Assembly (NCBI GenBank): GCA_000415965.1
Contig: KE356560.1
Span: 698,895 to 738,894 of the forward strand
Reading direction: 5' to 3'
DNA: 40,000 nucleotides
Source: Haloquadratum walsbyi J07HQW1
GTDB lineage: Archaea; Halobacteriota; Halobacteria; Halobacteriales; Haloferacaceae
Positions 24,581-35,106 of this stretch are shown one piece after another (the stretch's first letter is position 1; each line of letters begins with the position of its first letter). The notes beneath the pieces were generated by a model. That model searched no databases and was not told where the DNA came from. It saw only the letters and a list, made by a program, of their open reading frames with translations. A program made the position numbers and the translations under genes.

Positions 24581-25786
24581 ATGTCATCTGCTCACGGAGA
24601 CCGTCTGGGGACACCAGAGAGTCCAAACGCGACGACACTGCTACTGCTTGGAAGTGGGGAACTTGGAAAGGAAGTTGTCCTTACAGCCCAACGGCTCGGG
24701 GTAGAAACGGTTGCCGTCGACCGATATGAGCACGCACCAGCGATGCAAGCTGCACATCGGAACTACACGATTGATATGACCGACGCAGCCGCAGTCCGAG
24801 AGATCGTCCAAGAGGAAGACCCTGCAGTGATTATTCCGGAAATCGAGGCTATTGCGACCGAGGAGCTGAAACGATTAGAAACACAGGGCTACGATGTCGT
24901 ACCAACGGCTCAAGCGACTCGGTTGACGATGGATCGCGAGTGGATCCGTGAGTTTGCTGCTGAGGAAGTCGGTGTCACAACAAGTGAGTATGCCTTCGCT
25001 GATACTCATGACACATACCGCAAAGCGGTCGAAGATATTGGGATCCCAGTCGTTGTCAAGCCCACAATGTCATCGTCAGGGAAAGGACAATCAATCGTGC
25101 GTGAACATACAGAAATCAGTGACGCCTGGGAGACCGCCAGGGAGGGATCGCGGTCAGATACAGGTCGTGTGATCATCGAGGAGTTTGTTGAGTTTGATTC
25201 TGAGTTCACGCTTCTTACAGTGCGCCATACTGACGGAACGACATTCTGTCCCCCAATCGGACATACACAACAAGACGGTGACTATCGAACAAGTTGGCAG
25301 CCACACTCATTAACAACTGAGCAACGAACAACCGCACAGCGAATGGCTCAGGAGGTGACCGATGGGCTTGGTGGATACGGCATTTTCGGGGTTGAATTCT
25401 TTGTGCGGGATGGAACAGTAATCTTCAGTGAACTTTCACCACGACCACACGACACCGGACTGGTAACATTGAGCTCTCAGCGATTAAGCCAGTTTGACCT
25501 CCATCTGCGCGCTATTCTCGGTCTCCCGATACCCGATATTGATGTTGCGCGCCCAGGTGCAACTAAAGCACTAGTCGTTGATGAACCACTTACCCAACCT
25601 GCGTTCACTGGAGTTGATGAGGCGTTATCCGTATCTGACGTTGATATACGATTATTCGGTAAGCCTGAGGCATATGCTGGTCGACGAATGGGTGTTGCTG
25701 TCGCGACAGCTGCTGACATTGATACAGCACAACAGCGGGCTTCAGAAGCCGTTGACTGTATTACTGTGAGTGATGACGAGACATGA
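24581..25786 (+). CDS. purT: Formate-dependent phosphoribosylglycinamide formyltransferase (GAR transformylase 2), about 401 aa
   Basis: N-terminal LLLLGSGELGKEV. ATP-grasp core with PVVVKPTMSSSGKGQS (E. coli PurT has VKPVMSSSGKGQ), EEFVEFDSEFTLLTV and GIFGVEFF. I prefer the ATG at 24581 (MSSAHGD...) over the 39-codon upstream extension that overlaps the DMT gene. Confidence 0.9.
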   Translation: MSSAHGDRLGTPESPNATTLLLLGSGELGKEVVLTAQRLGVETVAVDRYEHAPAMQAAHRNYTIDMTDAAAVREIVQEEDPAVIIPEIEAIATEELKRLETQGYDVVPTAQATRLTMDREWIREFAAEEVGVTTSEYAFADTHDTYRKAVEDIGIPVVVKPTMSSSGKGQSIVREHTEISDAWETAREGSRSDTGRVIIEEFVEFDSEFTLLTVRHTDGTTFCPPIGHTQQDGDYRTSWQPHSLTTEQRTTAQRMAQEVTDGLGGYGIFGVEFFVRDGTVIFSELSPRPHDTGLVTLSSQRLSQFDLHLRAILGLPIPDIDVARPGATKALVVDEPLTQPAFTGVDEALSVSDVDIRLFGKPEAYAGRRMGVAVATAADIDTAQQRASEAVDCITVSDDET

Positions 25787-25858
25787 ATGACTTGCAATTA
25801 CTGTTTATTTGATAGTGATTAGTGCAAGTCTTTATCGCCGTGATTATCCGTATCGGTG

Positions 25859-26200
25859 ATGGGAGCCGCTGAACTCGCGTTATTCGACACTGTCGATAAA
25901 ACTATTCGAATTAATCAGTATGAATGCAGGCGCTTAGCCGCCTTCCATGATGAGTCTTCGCAAATCAACGATTCTGGTGATTCCGCCGACTATGCAGGTA
26001 CATCTATGAGTCAGTGTTCCGATAGACTCTGCGGATATCGAATCATCTCAGCGATGAAAACCTGCTTTGGCGTTGTCTTAGTCAATGAGGAATATCATTG
26101 TAATAATCTCGACGCACCAATTCCAAACAGACAGCACGCTCACGTCCGTCTCAATTCATACGTGACGCTTACGCACGATCAAAACCATGATGCGAATTAG
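25859..26200 (+). CDS. Hypothetical protein (about 113 aa), weak call
   Basis: The only ORF of 60 aa or more in a 600-nt gap. The composition is moderately acidic but Cys/His-rich, and no motif was recognised. Confidence 0.25.
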   Translation: MGAAELALFDTVDKTIRINQYECRRLAAFHDESSQINDSGDSADYAGTSMSQCSDRLCGYRIISAMKTCFGVVLVNEEYHCNNLDAPIPNRQHAHVRLNSYVTLTHDQNHDAN

Positions 26201-26249
26201 ACAGTGAGTCTCAAAACTCAGCAGTTTCGAGGCGGAGCCCCCGATCTCA

Positions 26250-27375
26250 AGCAGCGAGAGCTTCCGACTGGTCGGAAGCACGACGCGAGTAGACCGGGAC
26301 CGGGGAGGAAGCCGACACTGAGTGATGCAAACCACGAGACAGTAGCCGTCTGACTCCCAAACTGTGGAAAACCATCAGAACAACATCTGAAATATGGAGG
26401 TCAGGCGAACCGCACCGGTCAAACTTGTCGTTCCCGACGAGTACCACAACGACCTCCACGAAACCGCCGACCAATTCCTCTACTGCGCGAACGAAGCCAG
26501 TGACTACTGTTGGTGTTGGGACGACACCGACTACGAGGATTGTATCACGTCAAAACGCGAAAAGTAGAGACAGACGGTGAGGGTGTCGAAGGTGAGGATT
26601 CGGACGATACCGAGTACAGTACAGTCCTCGGGATCGATCTCGGTGTGAACAGCCTTGCCGTTTCGTCAACGGGTACGTTCTGGAGTGGCGACGAGTTCGA
26701 CCACTGGATTCAAGAGTTCGAGAAGCGCCGGGCGGAGCTGCAACAGTGTGGCACACAAGCCGCTCATAACGCTTTGTCCCAGTTGAGAAGCGAGAGCGAG
26801 TATGGCGGAAACAGTACCAGTACATCCATCCGGTCGCTAACGACATCGTCACCGAAGCCATTGAATATGGCTGCGATGTGATCGTGTTCGAGGAGTTGAC
26901 CGACATTCGAGAACGGTTTCCCCACGCTGAGTGGCATCATATCTGGGCATTTCGCCGTCTTGTCGAGTACGTCGAATACAAGTCCAAGTCCCTACAACGG
27001 GGTGTCTCGGTTGAACAGGTTGCCCCCGGTCACACCAGCCAGCGGTGTTCTCATACCGACTGTGGGTTTCCCCACGAAGACAACCGCGATGGCGAGCAGT
27101 TCCGATGTCTGAAGTGTAGGCACGAAATCAACGCAGACTACAACGGAGGGAAAAACATCGGTCTGGGGTATCTGCGGAAGCGACAATACAGCCTGCGTTT
27201 CCCGCCCACGTCGGGGAGCGCAGACGCACCAGTAGACGTGCGTGTAAATGGTGGGACGTTGAGCAACGACGGCTATCAACCGCCGACAGTTGATCGCTGG
27301 GAGTCCAGATCAAAGCCCCACCCTCACCGAGCGAACCCGTCAGGGTGAGCGAAGTAGGGTGGGGTAGTTTACACG
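26250..27375 (+). mobile_element. Decayed IS200/IS605-family TnpB element (copy B)
   Basis: Left hairpin cttccgac-tg-gtcggaag (26261-26278). Broken tnpB. Right-end hairpin with 9-bp outer stem ccccaccct/agggtgggg (27316-27324 / 27356-27364) spanning the stop codon, followed by tagtttacac. Confidence 0.65.
26394..27348 (+). pseudogene. tnpB: tnpB pseudogene (premature stop, frameshift, probable internal deletion)
   Basis: Fragment 1, 26394-26567: [40 protein letters not shown]...KREK*. Fragment 2, another frame: ...[19 protein letters not shown] (RuvC-I). Fragment 3, from 26878: IVFEELTDI (RuvC-II), CSHTDCGF...FRCLKCRH (zinc finger), [11 protein letters not shown] (RuvC-III). The N-terminal region is far shorter than in the intact copy. 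Confidence 0.8.
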
Positions 27376-27421
27376 CTGGCTTGCGTCTGCAGCTTTGTGT
27401 CTCAGAACATATGATTAACCA

Positions 27422-29116
27422 TCACTCAGACATTAAATTCGAGTCTTCGATGTGTGAAATCAGTTGCTCGTGAACCGAGCCGTTGCTCGCAAGTAGTGGT
27501 GTCCGCTTGTCAGTCGTATTGAAGCTTAATTCATAAGATGACCCGTATTGATCTGTTGTTTTCCCGCCAACTTCTCGAAGCAGACAAAGTCCAGCTGCAA
27601 CATCCCATGGATGTGTGTCATGTTCCCACACGGCATCAGCGCTCCCCGAAGCAACATATGCAAGATTGAGCGCAGCACTGCCTAATCGACGAACGCCTTG
27701 TGTCTCGTGATAAAACGCCTGGAGAAACTCACCACTTGGGTCATAGCCAGAAAGCAACATACTTTCATCAAGTTGATTTCTTGATGTTGGCTTTATTTTA
27801 TGCCCATTTTGATATGCCCCCCTTCCATCAATCGCGTAGAACATATCCGCAGGTTCTGGCGCGTAAACAACACCGACAACTGGATTTCGATCCTTCAATA
27901 GCGCGATTGAAACCGAGTAATTTGGGTTTCCATGAGCGAAGTTTCCGGTCCCATCAAGCGGGTCAATAATCCATGCATAGCCCTCTGTGGGAGCGGTTTG
28001 ATCGTTTTCCTCAGATTGCACAACGTGATCGGGAAACTCACTGTTAATTGCTGTTTCGATGATATCATTCGCCTGATAATCTGCCTCAGTGACGATATCT
28101 GATTTGTCGGTTTTATACTGAACATCCTCGACTTGTCCATGAAGTTCCTGAAGCGGTTCACCGGCAGATCGAGCAGCCTCTCTTGCAACGCGCGCAGCAC
28201 GCTCTTTGAAATCAGATGATCCAATATTATCCTCAAGTGCTGATCGAGGACCGTCGTTATCGACGGTTCGGAGTCCCCAATCAAGTTTATCAACCATCGC
28301 AGTAATGAATGCATCATCATACGGCGTACGAACGGTTTGAACCGGCTGATTTGCACCAGAGATATGAACGACAGTGTCTGATTCGAGTCGTTCAAACTGC
28401 CGTCCACCATCAATGTCTATATCGAAGTCAGCGTCAAGAACGATATCAATCTCCGATTCCTGACTAACGACTATTGGGTCAACTGCCGCGCTGATTGTTT
28501 CATGCGGAATGATCTGTAGCGTTCGGTTGTTCTGTGGATAATGCACTGGACCACCATTCGAATACGCTCGTCCGGTACTCCCCGTTGGGGTCGAGACAAT
28601 CAACCCGCTGCCAAAGTACTCACCAACGTATTCTTGATCGACAAATACGTGTAGTGATCCAACTTTCGTTCCATAACGGTCCTCTGGTGGGTGTTTTTGT
28701 AAAAACATCTCATTGATACCTGTTGTATTGATATCCCCAGCAGTGACCTCATACTGCTGTCTTGCGTTAATTGAACCCCGTCCACGGTAGACGGCTGTTA
28801 GTGCATCCTCTACATCAAGTGGTTCAACACGAGCTAAAAATGCTAACGTGCCAGAGTTGATTCCCATCAGTGGAATCTGGAATGGAGCAAACGAACGGGC
28901 GGCTTCTAAGAACGTTCCGTCACCCCCGATAGAAAGTCCGAGTGTTGTCTTCTCTCGTTCAATATGCTCATCAGTTATCTCTGTCCCAACATCAAGAATG
29001 GTTAATCCGATATCATTCGATTTCGCCCATGATTCGACAATATCTATAATCTTCGTGCTTTCTGGTGCTGCCAGTCCGACGATCTCATCGAGCGTAGCAA
29101 GGCGTCTACCGTGCAT
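27422..29116 (-). CDS. Bifunctional-looking fusion: N-terminal NAD kinase domain plus C-terminal inositol-monophosphatase-family (IMPase/NADP phosphatase-like) domain, 564 aa
   Basis: NAD kinase motifs: SIGGDGTFLEAAR (GGDGT), GINSGTLAFL, STPTGSTGRAYSNGGPV. IMPase motifs: VTEADYQAND, WIIDPLDGTGNFAHG, WDVAAGLCLLREVGG. Confidence 0.85.
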   Translation of the reverse strand: MHGRRLATLDEIVGLAAPESTKIIDIVESWAKSNDIGLTILDVGTEITDEHIEREKTTLGLSIGGDGTFLEAARSFAPFQIPLMGINSGTLAFLARVEPLDVEDALTAVYRGRGSINARQQYEVTAGDINTTGINEMFLQKHPPEDRYGTKVGSLHVFVDQEYVGEYFGSGLIVSTPTGSTGRAYSNGGPVHYPQNNRTLQIIPHETISAAVDPIVVSQESEIDIVLDADFDIDIDGGRQFERLESDTVVHISGANQPVQTVRTPYDDAFITAMVDKLDWGLRTVDNDGPRSALEDNIGSSDFKERAARVAREAARSAGEPLQELHGQVEDVQYKTDKSDIVTEADYQANDIIETAINSEFPDHVVQSEENDQTAPTEGYAWIIDPLDGTGNFAHGNPNYSVSIALLKDRNPVVGVVYAPEPADMFYAIDGRGAYQNGHKIKPTSRNQLDESMLLSGYDPSGEFLQAFYHETQGVRRLGSAALNLAYVASGSADAVWEHDTHPWDVAAGLCLLREVGGKTTDQYGSSYELSFNTTDKRTPLLASNGSVHEQLISHIEDSNLMSE

Positions 29117-29332
29117 AAAAATAATGACGATTTATGTGCCATTAACTTCATTGGATATCTTCTGTGAGTGTTCGCAGTGATAACAGAATGCTAATATCGT
29201 GTAGTGTCAGTTTATTCTGCTGCATGTACACAAATCACTCTCGTCATCATATATGTGTCATAACACCTTATCGGTTCACAGGCATCATTCTTAGATACTG
29301 ACTCTCACTCTCATAAACGTGATATATTAGTT

Positions 29333-29765
29333 ATGTATCAGGAATACTCTCTTAGTAATCGCGCGCTCGATTATAATATAGAGCGTCAACACGCCTCGAC
29401 TAGCACAGAATGGGAAGCGCAGAATAGTTACTCACAAGCGATTCGGACGGGAAACATCGTATATATTGCTGGGACAACAGCAGTCGATACCGAAGGGAAC
29501 ATTGCTGGCGAAGACGACCCACATCGGTCGGTGGCAATCTGACCACCGTGTCTATCCGAACCCACAGTTGGTTCAGCTGGAACGCCCGGTAACGCGTTCC
29601 GCTGCAACTTTGAAGACAGAAATCAAATTACCAACACCTGCTAAGCTCCAAACACTAGTGAACGAACCTACAACACGTGTATTTGGAAATATTGCACATC
29701 CCCATCAAGTGCATCGCTCGAAATATCGGTTTGAGCTGAGACATACTGCAGTTGATGACGAATGA
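29333..29765 (+). pseudogene. RidA/YjgF/L-PSP-family gene interrupted by a frameshift
   Basis: Frame A (29333-29542): ...YSQAIRTGNIVYIAGTTAVDTEGNIAGEDD..., the typical RidA N-terminal motif, then a stop. Another frame (to 29765) continues with ...LKTEIKL...VFGNIAHP...ELRHTAVDDE, resembling the RidA C-terminal half. The shift lies near 29520-29545. Confidence 0.55.
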
Positions 29766-30050
29766 ACCCACCGGAGAGATTGTCGAACACGATTGCTCAC
29801 ACACCGTGTGCGAGGACGTGACCGACGTGTGAAAGCATATCTCGGGGGGACGTGAAACCACTACGTATTCTGACGGCTTTTCAAGCATGGCAAATACGCC
29901 CTCGAGGGGTCTGTCATGAAAATCGCTCACGTCGTGACCCCCAGGACGCGTCCATATTGAGCATTCGCCTTGCCCTTTCACAGCACTATTCTCGGCGAGA
30001 GCGGGCATCTACGCGAAAGCCGTAGGGCTTCTCTGCGGTTCCGAGGACGT

Positions 30051-31283
30051 TTACGGTGATGTCAAAGCGATTCCAGACTCAGACATTTGCCATGCGGAGA
30101 GCCCTCCTGCGACACCAAGACTACCCACAAACCAGAGTATCACTACATATCCTCCAGTAATTGCAACAAGCTCACCGGCGATAACGGGCGCAATAAATGA
30201 TCCCAGCCAACCAGCAACGCTCGCAATTGAGACGGCTGTCCCAGCAGCCCTTGCATCAACGAACTCCTGTGCGGACTGGTACAGCAGTCCAATCTGAAGC
30301 TGAATAATTACTCCTGCAAGCACAAGCATCAGTATCAAAATAGTGATTTTCACTGTATAAAAAAGAGCAACTGCGACTGCAATCGCCCCGATGAACGAGG
30401 CGGCGAAGATAGGTCGTCGACGCTGGTCTAATACCACATCAGAGACCCATCCACCCACCGGTCGGGCAATAATGCCGACGGCTGGAAATAATGCGACAAA
30501 CGTCCCACTTTCTGCTACTGAAATATCAAACTGCTGAACGATGTATGTTGGCATCCATGAGTTGAATACCATATATAGTGAGTACGCGAGGACAGTGACA
30601 ACGACAATCGACCAGATGTTTCGGTTAACAAACACCTGTTTAAACTCAGCAAACGTGGGTGATTCAGCCGGCGTCTCAAATCGAGTGACATGTCCAACCG
30701 CAAAGTAAAATATAACCGATGATAATACTACTGCCGCACCAAAGAGTGGGAATACTCCCGGCCATCCGACAATCTCGGCAATGCGAGGGGCGCTAAATTG
30801 CCCGAGCGCGTATCCCGCTGGGTACCCAGAAATAATCACTGATGTTGCTGTTGCTCGTCGGGTTGGTGGAACAGTACTTGATGCGACATTGATACAGACG
30901 ACCCATAGGACAAACATCCCAGCGCCAGCGAACAGCCGCGACACAATGAGTAATGAGATGTTCCCTGCGCCGCCGGCAAACCAGTCACCGACACTCCCGA
31001 TAAGAAGTACAACAGCAGCGGCAGGGACGACGCCACGAGTTTGGACACGGTCGAGATATACCCCAACTGGTATACCAACAACCGTTGCTGTAACCTGTGG
31101 CATTGAGACAAGAGCCGCAGCTGTTGCCTCGGTGATATTGAGGTCGTTCATAACTACTGTGAGAATACTCGCTGGGGTAATGAGATATGAGCCGACGAAT
31201 AAAAGCACCAACCACCCGGTTGCAATGGTAATGACACGCCAGAGTATGATACTTCTCTTATCAGTCGACTCAAAAATCTCCAT
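30051..31283 (-). CDS. Major facilitator superfamily transporter, 410 aa
   Basis: About 12 hydrophobic segments. The loop between TM2 and TM3, GVYLDRVQTRG, resembles the MFS motif A. Substrate unknown. Confidence 0.8.
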   Translation of the reverse strand: MEIFESTDKRSIILWRVITIATGWLVLLFVGSYLITPASILTVVMNDLNITEATAAALVSMPQVTATVVGIPVGVYLDRVQTRGVVPAAAVVLLIGSVGDWFAGGAGNISLLIVSRLFAGAGMFVLWVVCINVASSTVPPTRRATATSVIISGYPAGYALGQFSAPRIAEIVGWPGVFPLFGAAVVLSSVIFYFAVGHVTRFETPAESPTFAEFKQVFVNRNIWSIVVVTVLAYSLYMVFNSWMPTYIVQQFDISVAESGTFVALFPAVGIIARPVGGWVSDVVLDQRRRPIFAASFIGAIAVAVALFYTVKITILILMLVLAGVIIQLQIGLLYQSAQEFVDARAAGTAVSIASVAGWLGSFIAPVIAGELVAITGGYVVILWFVGSLGVAGGLSAWQMSESGIALTSP

Positions 31284-31356
31284 ATCACTACTGGATTGAG
31301 GTCCGAGGAAATTCTATCGATTTGACGAACTTATGTGACACCCCGATGGTCAGGAA

Positions 31357-32400
31357 GTCAATTACCCCCACATACTTTGATCACCCCTGACAGATTCGCC
31401 TGTTGAGGGTGAGGCTTGTCAGTGGTCTCTGCCTCTGACCCGTGACGGTTATTATGGGTGAGAGCTGTGTGCTCTGGGTCGGTGTCCGTAGCCCTGAGTT
31501 CAGAGCATATTGGCTGATGATCTCCCCGCAAGACGGTTGATGCTCTCTTAGGACATGTACAGTTCGGCGATGTTCTTTGCCGTCGCAAAGTCACGCCGTG
31601 ACTTTGCTACCCGCCAGACGTAATCCGCAGACAGCGTTATAATCAGCGTGGTTCTATTTCCCGTGCTGCTGACATTCAAGCTCATCCTGATGACGATTGT
31701 CGTCATGGACGCACCCGCGTTTGTTGCACCGCTTCGACGTGTTCTCTGCATTCATCGTCTTCACAGACACGCCTCGCTTTTCTGGGTTGTATTCAACGAG
31801 TTACTTGAATTTGCGGAGTGGCTACTGTGGGTACCAGTCAGCGTCCGGGAAGCGATCTCGAATCTCATCAAGCGTCTTGAAGATGATGCCGTCGCCGTCA
31901 CACTCGTGCTCAAGTGCTTCCTCGACGATTCCGTTTTCGACCGAGTCAAAGACATGCTTGACGTACTCGTCTTCTCGAACACTCACTTCTTGAAGCGTGG
32001 GTGTGCTGACTGCGTGCCACAGTCCTAGAGGTTGCCACGAGTGTTCTCGAATTCCCTGCGAGCATAATTGAATACGCCTACACCGAAGAAGCGAGCCGTG
32101 CTTGTGATGACGATTTGGTTGCCGCCGAGGTCAGCACCCAGAGCCGAACCGTGTTGTACCGGTCCGTTTTGCGTCGTTGCCTCTGGCTCACGCTCAGGCT
32201 TGTTATTTCTGTATCCGACGGTAGTGCAGTGTGCCTTCGGTATACTCTCAATCCTCGGCGCCCAAGTATTGGTATTGATACCAATCGTCGTCGCTTGGGA
32301 GTGCGAGGTTAGATCTGACGGATGAATGGTCGCCTAGCACCGTTGGCAACACCTGCCTTCTTATCGAACACTGTTGACCTATTATGCGTGATTGATTCAA
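31357..32400 (-). mobile_element. Decayed IS200/IS605-family TnpB element (copy C); upstream boundary uncertain
   Basis: Manual minus-strand translation in shifting frames: ...PKAHCTTVGYRNNKPEREPEATTQNGPVQHGSALGADLGGNQIVITSTARFF (RuvC-I), LQDCGTQSAH, EDEYVKHVFDSVENGIVEEALEHECDGDGIIFKTLDEIRDRFPDADW (RuvC-II region), TSKRCNKRGCVHDDNRHQDELECQQHG (zinc finger), HADYNAV (RuvC-III), with stop at 31591-31593. The 3' 64 nt (31357-31420) align by eye at about 78% identity to 27311-27375 of copy B. Confidence 0.65.
31591..32400 (-). pseudogene. tnpB: tnpB pseudogene (multiple stops and frameshifts)
   Basis: See the element entry. At least four frame changes or stops are needed to read through the RuvC-I, RuvC-II, zinc-finger and RuvC-III blocks. 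Confidence 0.65.
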
Positions 32401-32531
32401 TCACGAGGTTATCAATCTCTTCAACATCAGAGCGTAACAGAATATCCAATCTTTTTCAACGGCACGGTGAACCCACCTCGGGGTTAACCCTCAGAGCAGT
32501 CGCCCTGGTCGTCTATACAGCACAGGCATAA

Positions 32532-32560
32532 ACTCAGACTCAGACTCAGACTCAGACTCG
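32532..32560. repeat. Hexanucleotide microsatellite (ACTCAG, about 4.8 units) just 3' of pstB
   Basis: actcag actcag actcag actcag actcg read directly, 20 nt beyond the pstB stop codon. Confidence 0.85.
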
Positions 32561-32579
32561 GAGTTGAACTCGGCATCCA

Positions 32580-33503
32580 CTACCCAAATTTCCCTGTAAT
32601 ATAATCCTCGACCCGTTCGCTCTGTGGGCTTTCGAAGACCTGGTCAGTGTCACCGTACTCGACAAGTTCGCCGCCGGTCAAGAACACTGCTGTCTGTTCT
32701 GATATTCGTGCGGCTTGCTGCATATTATGGGTAACGATAACAACCGTGTACTCTTTGCTAAGTTCGGCAATAAGATCCTCAATCTTCGCAGTTGCAATCG
32801 GGTCCAGCGCCGACGCGGGCTCGTCCATCAAAATCACTTCCGGATCGACTGATAAACACCGAGCAATACAGAGCCGCTGTTGTTGACCGCCCGAAAGACC
32901 GAGAGCGTTGTCATCAAGACGATCATGAACCTCATCCCACAGCGCGGCGTCCCGAAGACACCGCTCGACTAGCTCCTCGCGTTGCTCTTCGTCACTGCGA
33001 CCAAGTAGCCTCGCGAGCACGCCAGTGTCAATATCGCCGTGTTTCTCCGGACCATATGCGATGTTTTCGCGGATTGATTTCGGAAACGGGTTCGGTGACT
33101 GAAACACCATTCCAACCCGCTTTCGAAGTTCAACCAGATTCACACCATCTTGATAAATCTCCTGATCATCAAGAGTAACCGACCCCTCAATCCGCGCGCT
33201 TGACACGCGGTCGTTCATCCGATTGAGACATCGGAGGAACGTCGATTTTCCACAACCTGAGGGACCGATGAGTGCGGTTACACTCTTTTCAGGAATTTCC
33301 ATCGACACACCTTCTAGCGCCTGGTCATTGCCGTAGTACACATCAAGATCGCTGACCCCAAGCTTTGTCGGGGCATCAAAGGAGTACTCACGCCACTCTT
33401 CACGGACGCGCTCATCGGTCTCGCCGGTCGTCGTTCCGACCATGCTGTCAGTACTGTTGGTATCGTCGGTATCCTCGGTCGTCGTGTATGTAGTCTCACT
33501 CAT
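32580..33503 (-). CDS. pstB: Phosphate ABC transporter ATP-binding protein PstB (about 307 aa)
   Basis: Walker [20 protein letters not shown], signature [15 protein letters not shown], Walker [14 protein letters not shown]-loop VIVTHNM. The start is taken at MSETTY (ATG 33501-33503), overlapping the pstA stop by 8 nt. The 93-codon upstream extension in the ORF track is S/R/L-rich and non-acidic, so it was rejected. Confidence 0.95.
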   Translation of the reverse strand: MSETTYTTTEDTDDTNSTDSMVGTTTGETDERVREEWREYSFDAPTKLGVSDLDVYYGNDQALEGVSMEIPEKSVTALIGPSGCGKSTFLRCLNRMNDRVSSARIEGSVTLDDQEIYQDGVNLVELRKRVGMVFQSPNPFPKSIRENIAYGPEKHGDIDTGVLARLLGRSDEEQREELVERCLRDAALWDEVHDRLDDNALGLSGGQQQRLCIARCLSVDPEVILMDEPASALDPIATAKIEDLIAELSKEYTVVIVTHNMQQAARISEQTAVFLTGGELVEYGDTDQVFESPQSERVEDYITGKFG

Positions 33504-35106
33504 GTTGGAGCTTCCTCCGGAAGTAGTATCGCGCTCCGATTCCGACTGCGTAGAACGAGAGCACAATAAAGAGTAGGACGAACGCAGTCGCCCACTGGAA
33601 CTGCTCGGGTGAACTGACGGTGTCGCCCAGTCCAACCCCTGCAGTAATAAGCGCATATAGCTGGAAAGGTAGAGCGGTTGTTGCCTGGAGCAACTCGGGG
33701 TTGGCAACGAACGGTGGCGTTGCGGTGAACTGGAATCCGCCGATGACATCGGCTGTCTGACCACCTGGTACGAATGTCCCACCAGTCATCGTTAGGAGGA
33801 TAGGCGCAGTCTCGCCTGCGATCCGACCCACACCAAGGATGACACCGGTCACGACGCCAGGTAACGCCGCCGGCACAACCACACTCCGAATCGTCTGCCA
33901 TTTCGAGACTCCCAGTGCCGCGCTTGCGTCGCGGTACTCGTCGGGGACGGCGAGTATCGCCTCGCGACTCGTGATCAGCACGAGCGGGAGCAGCATGAAT
34001 CCGAGCGTCAGCATCCCCGAGATCAGCGACTTGTTGCCGCCGAACCGTGGCACTAAGAATGCAAACCCAAAGAGTCCGAAAACAATGCTCGGCGTGCTCC
34101 ACAAACCATTCGTGGCCACCTCAACCACTTGAGTAAACCGACCGCGCTCGGCGTATTCGGTCAGGAAAACCGCCGCTCCAACGCCAAGGGGAACCGCAAA
34201 CATGACCGCGCCAATTACGAGCCAGATTGTCCCGACAATCGCAGGCAGCACACCCTGAAACTCGTTGAGCAGTGACGCACCGTTCATCACGAACGGTAGC
34301 GAGATTGGGAGTGTCATCCCAAACACTGTTGGACCGACTCCAGGACCGACTGCCGCGCCGGTGAATAAGCCCGGAACTCCCTTCAGGGTGGTAAACGCAA
34401 TGAGAATAAACAGCACGCCGACAATGGAGGAGGCGTTCAGATAAATTAACAGATATGCTCCCATCCGCCGACCGCGCGCGCCGAAGCCTCCATATGCTTT
34501 CGCCGCAGCCCACCCGGTGAGAAGCGCACAGAGTAAAGTCCCGACTGGGATTACAAACTCCGCAGTCAGCGACGCCTGCTGTTCCCAACTCAGCTCCCAG
34601 ATCCACGCAGGACCGATTGTACCGGTGAGGTATACAGCACCCACAAGCAGGGTTACCGCGCCCGCTGGGAGCGTCGAGCCGATGTCCTCCCGCAGAACGG
34701 CTGTCACCGCGAATGCCGCCCCGCCGACAGCGAGCGCGATGGGCAACCATGCAATTCCGTCGAGCCCGATTACCTGCGCCATGATTCCGCCCAGGGCGAA
34801 CCATACGAGCGAGAATGTCGCAGACGCAACGAGACCAGCGCTCGAACTGGGTTGTGTCTCAACAACGCCCACGTATGACCCGACGCCGAAACCAATCACG
34901 ACACCGCCGAGTAGAACCAATATCCCACCCAGCAGTGTCACAATCGGGATCCCAGCGACAGGGTCACTGATCGTGATAACCTCGAACAGTGCAGCTAGCG
35001 ACAGTGCGAACAACAGCGCCGATAGTCCGATTGTGACCGCTGCGACCGCGTCCACCCCTGAGGTGTCGCGGCTGATAAGTCGAGTTTCTGTCGCACCCGC
35101 CATCAA
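33496..35106 (-). CDS. pstA: Phosphate ABC transporter permease PstA (536 aa)
   Basis: Polytopic. The C-terminal half carries the ABC permease EAA-like loop ([37 protein letters not shown]). Position in the pstS-C-A-B order. 4-nt overlap with pstC. Confidence 0.9.
   Translation of the reverse strand: MMAGATETRLISRDTSGVDAVAAVTIGLSALLFALSLAALFEVITISDPVAGIPIVTLLGGILVLLGGVVIGFGVGSYVGVVETQPSSSAGLVASATFSLVWFALGGIMAQVIGLDGIAWLPIALAVGGAAFAVTAVLREDIGSTLPAGAVTLLVGAVYLTGTIGPAWIWELSWEQQASLTAEFVIPVGTLLCALLTGWAAAKAYGGFGARGRRMGAYLLIYLNASSIVGVLFILIAFTTLKGVPGLFTGAAVGPGVGPTVFGMTLPISLPFVMNGASLLNEFQGVLPAIVGTIWLVIGAVMFAVPLGVGAAVFLTEYAERGRFTQVVEVATNGLWSTPSIVFGLFGFAFLVPRFGGNKSLISGMLTLGFMLLPLVLITSREAILAVPDEYRDASAALGVSKWQTIRSVVVPAALPGVVTGVILGVGRIAGETAPILLTMTGGTFVPGGQTADVIGGFQFTATPPFVANPELLQATTALPFQLYALITAGVGLGDTVSSPEQFQWATAFVLLFIVLSFYAVGIGARYYFRRKLQHE

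Noticed and set aside
29850-29885. G-run plus gtgaaaccact string, inspected as a possible origin-recognition-box (ORB) element
   Set aside because: It does not match the CCAGTGGAAAC mini-ORB core in either orientation. There is no inverted second copy, no adjacent orc1/cdc6 gene, and no AT-rich duplex-unwinding element.
29655-30008. 117-aa ORF on the minus strand (MPALAENSAVKGQGECS...)
   Set aside because: It is Cys-rich and non-acidic, and it overlaps the C-terminal half of the RidA pseudogene on the opposite strand. No motif supports it.
33504-33782. 93-codon upstream extension of pstB, and antisense or out-of-frame ORFs inside pstA/pstC (for example 33500..34102, 34121..34804, 34517..35167, 35683..36018)
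   Set aside because: These are typical long spurious ORFs of GC-rich DNA, Arg/Ser/Cys-rich with no motifs. They overlap clearly identifiable pst genes.
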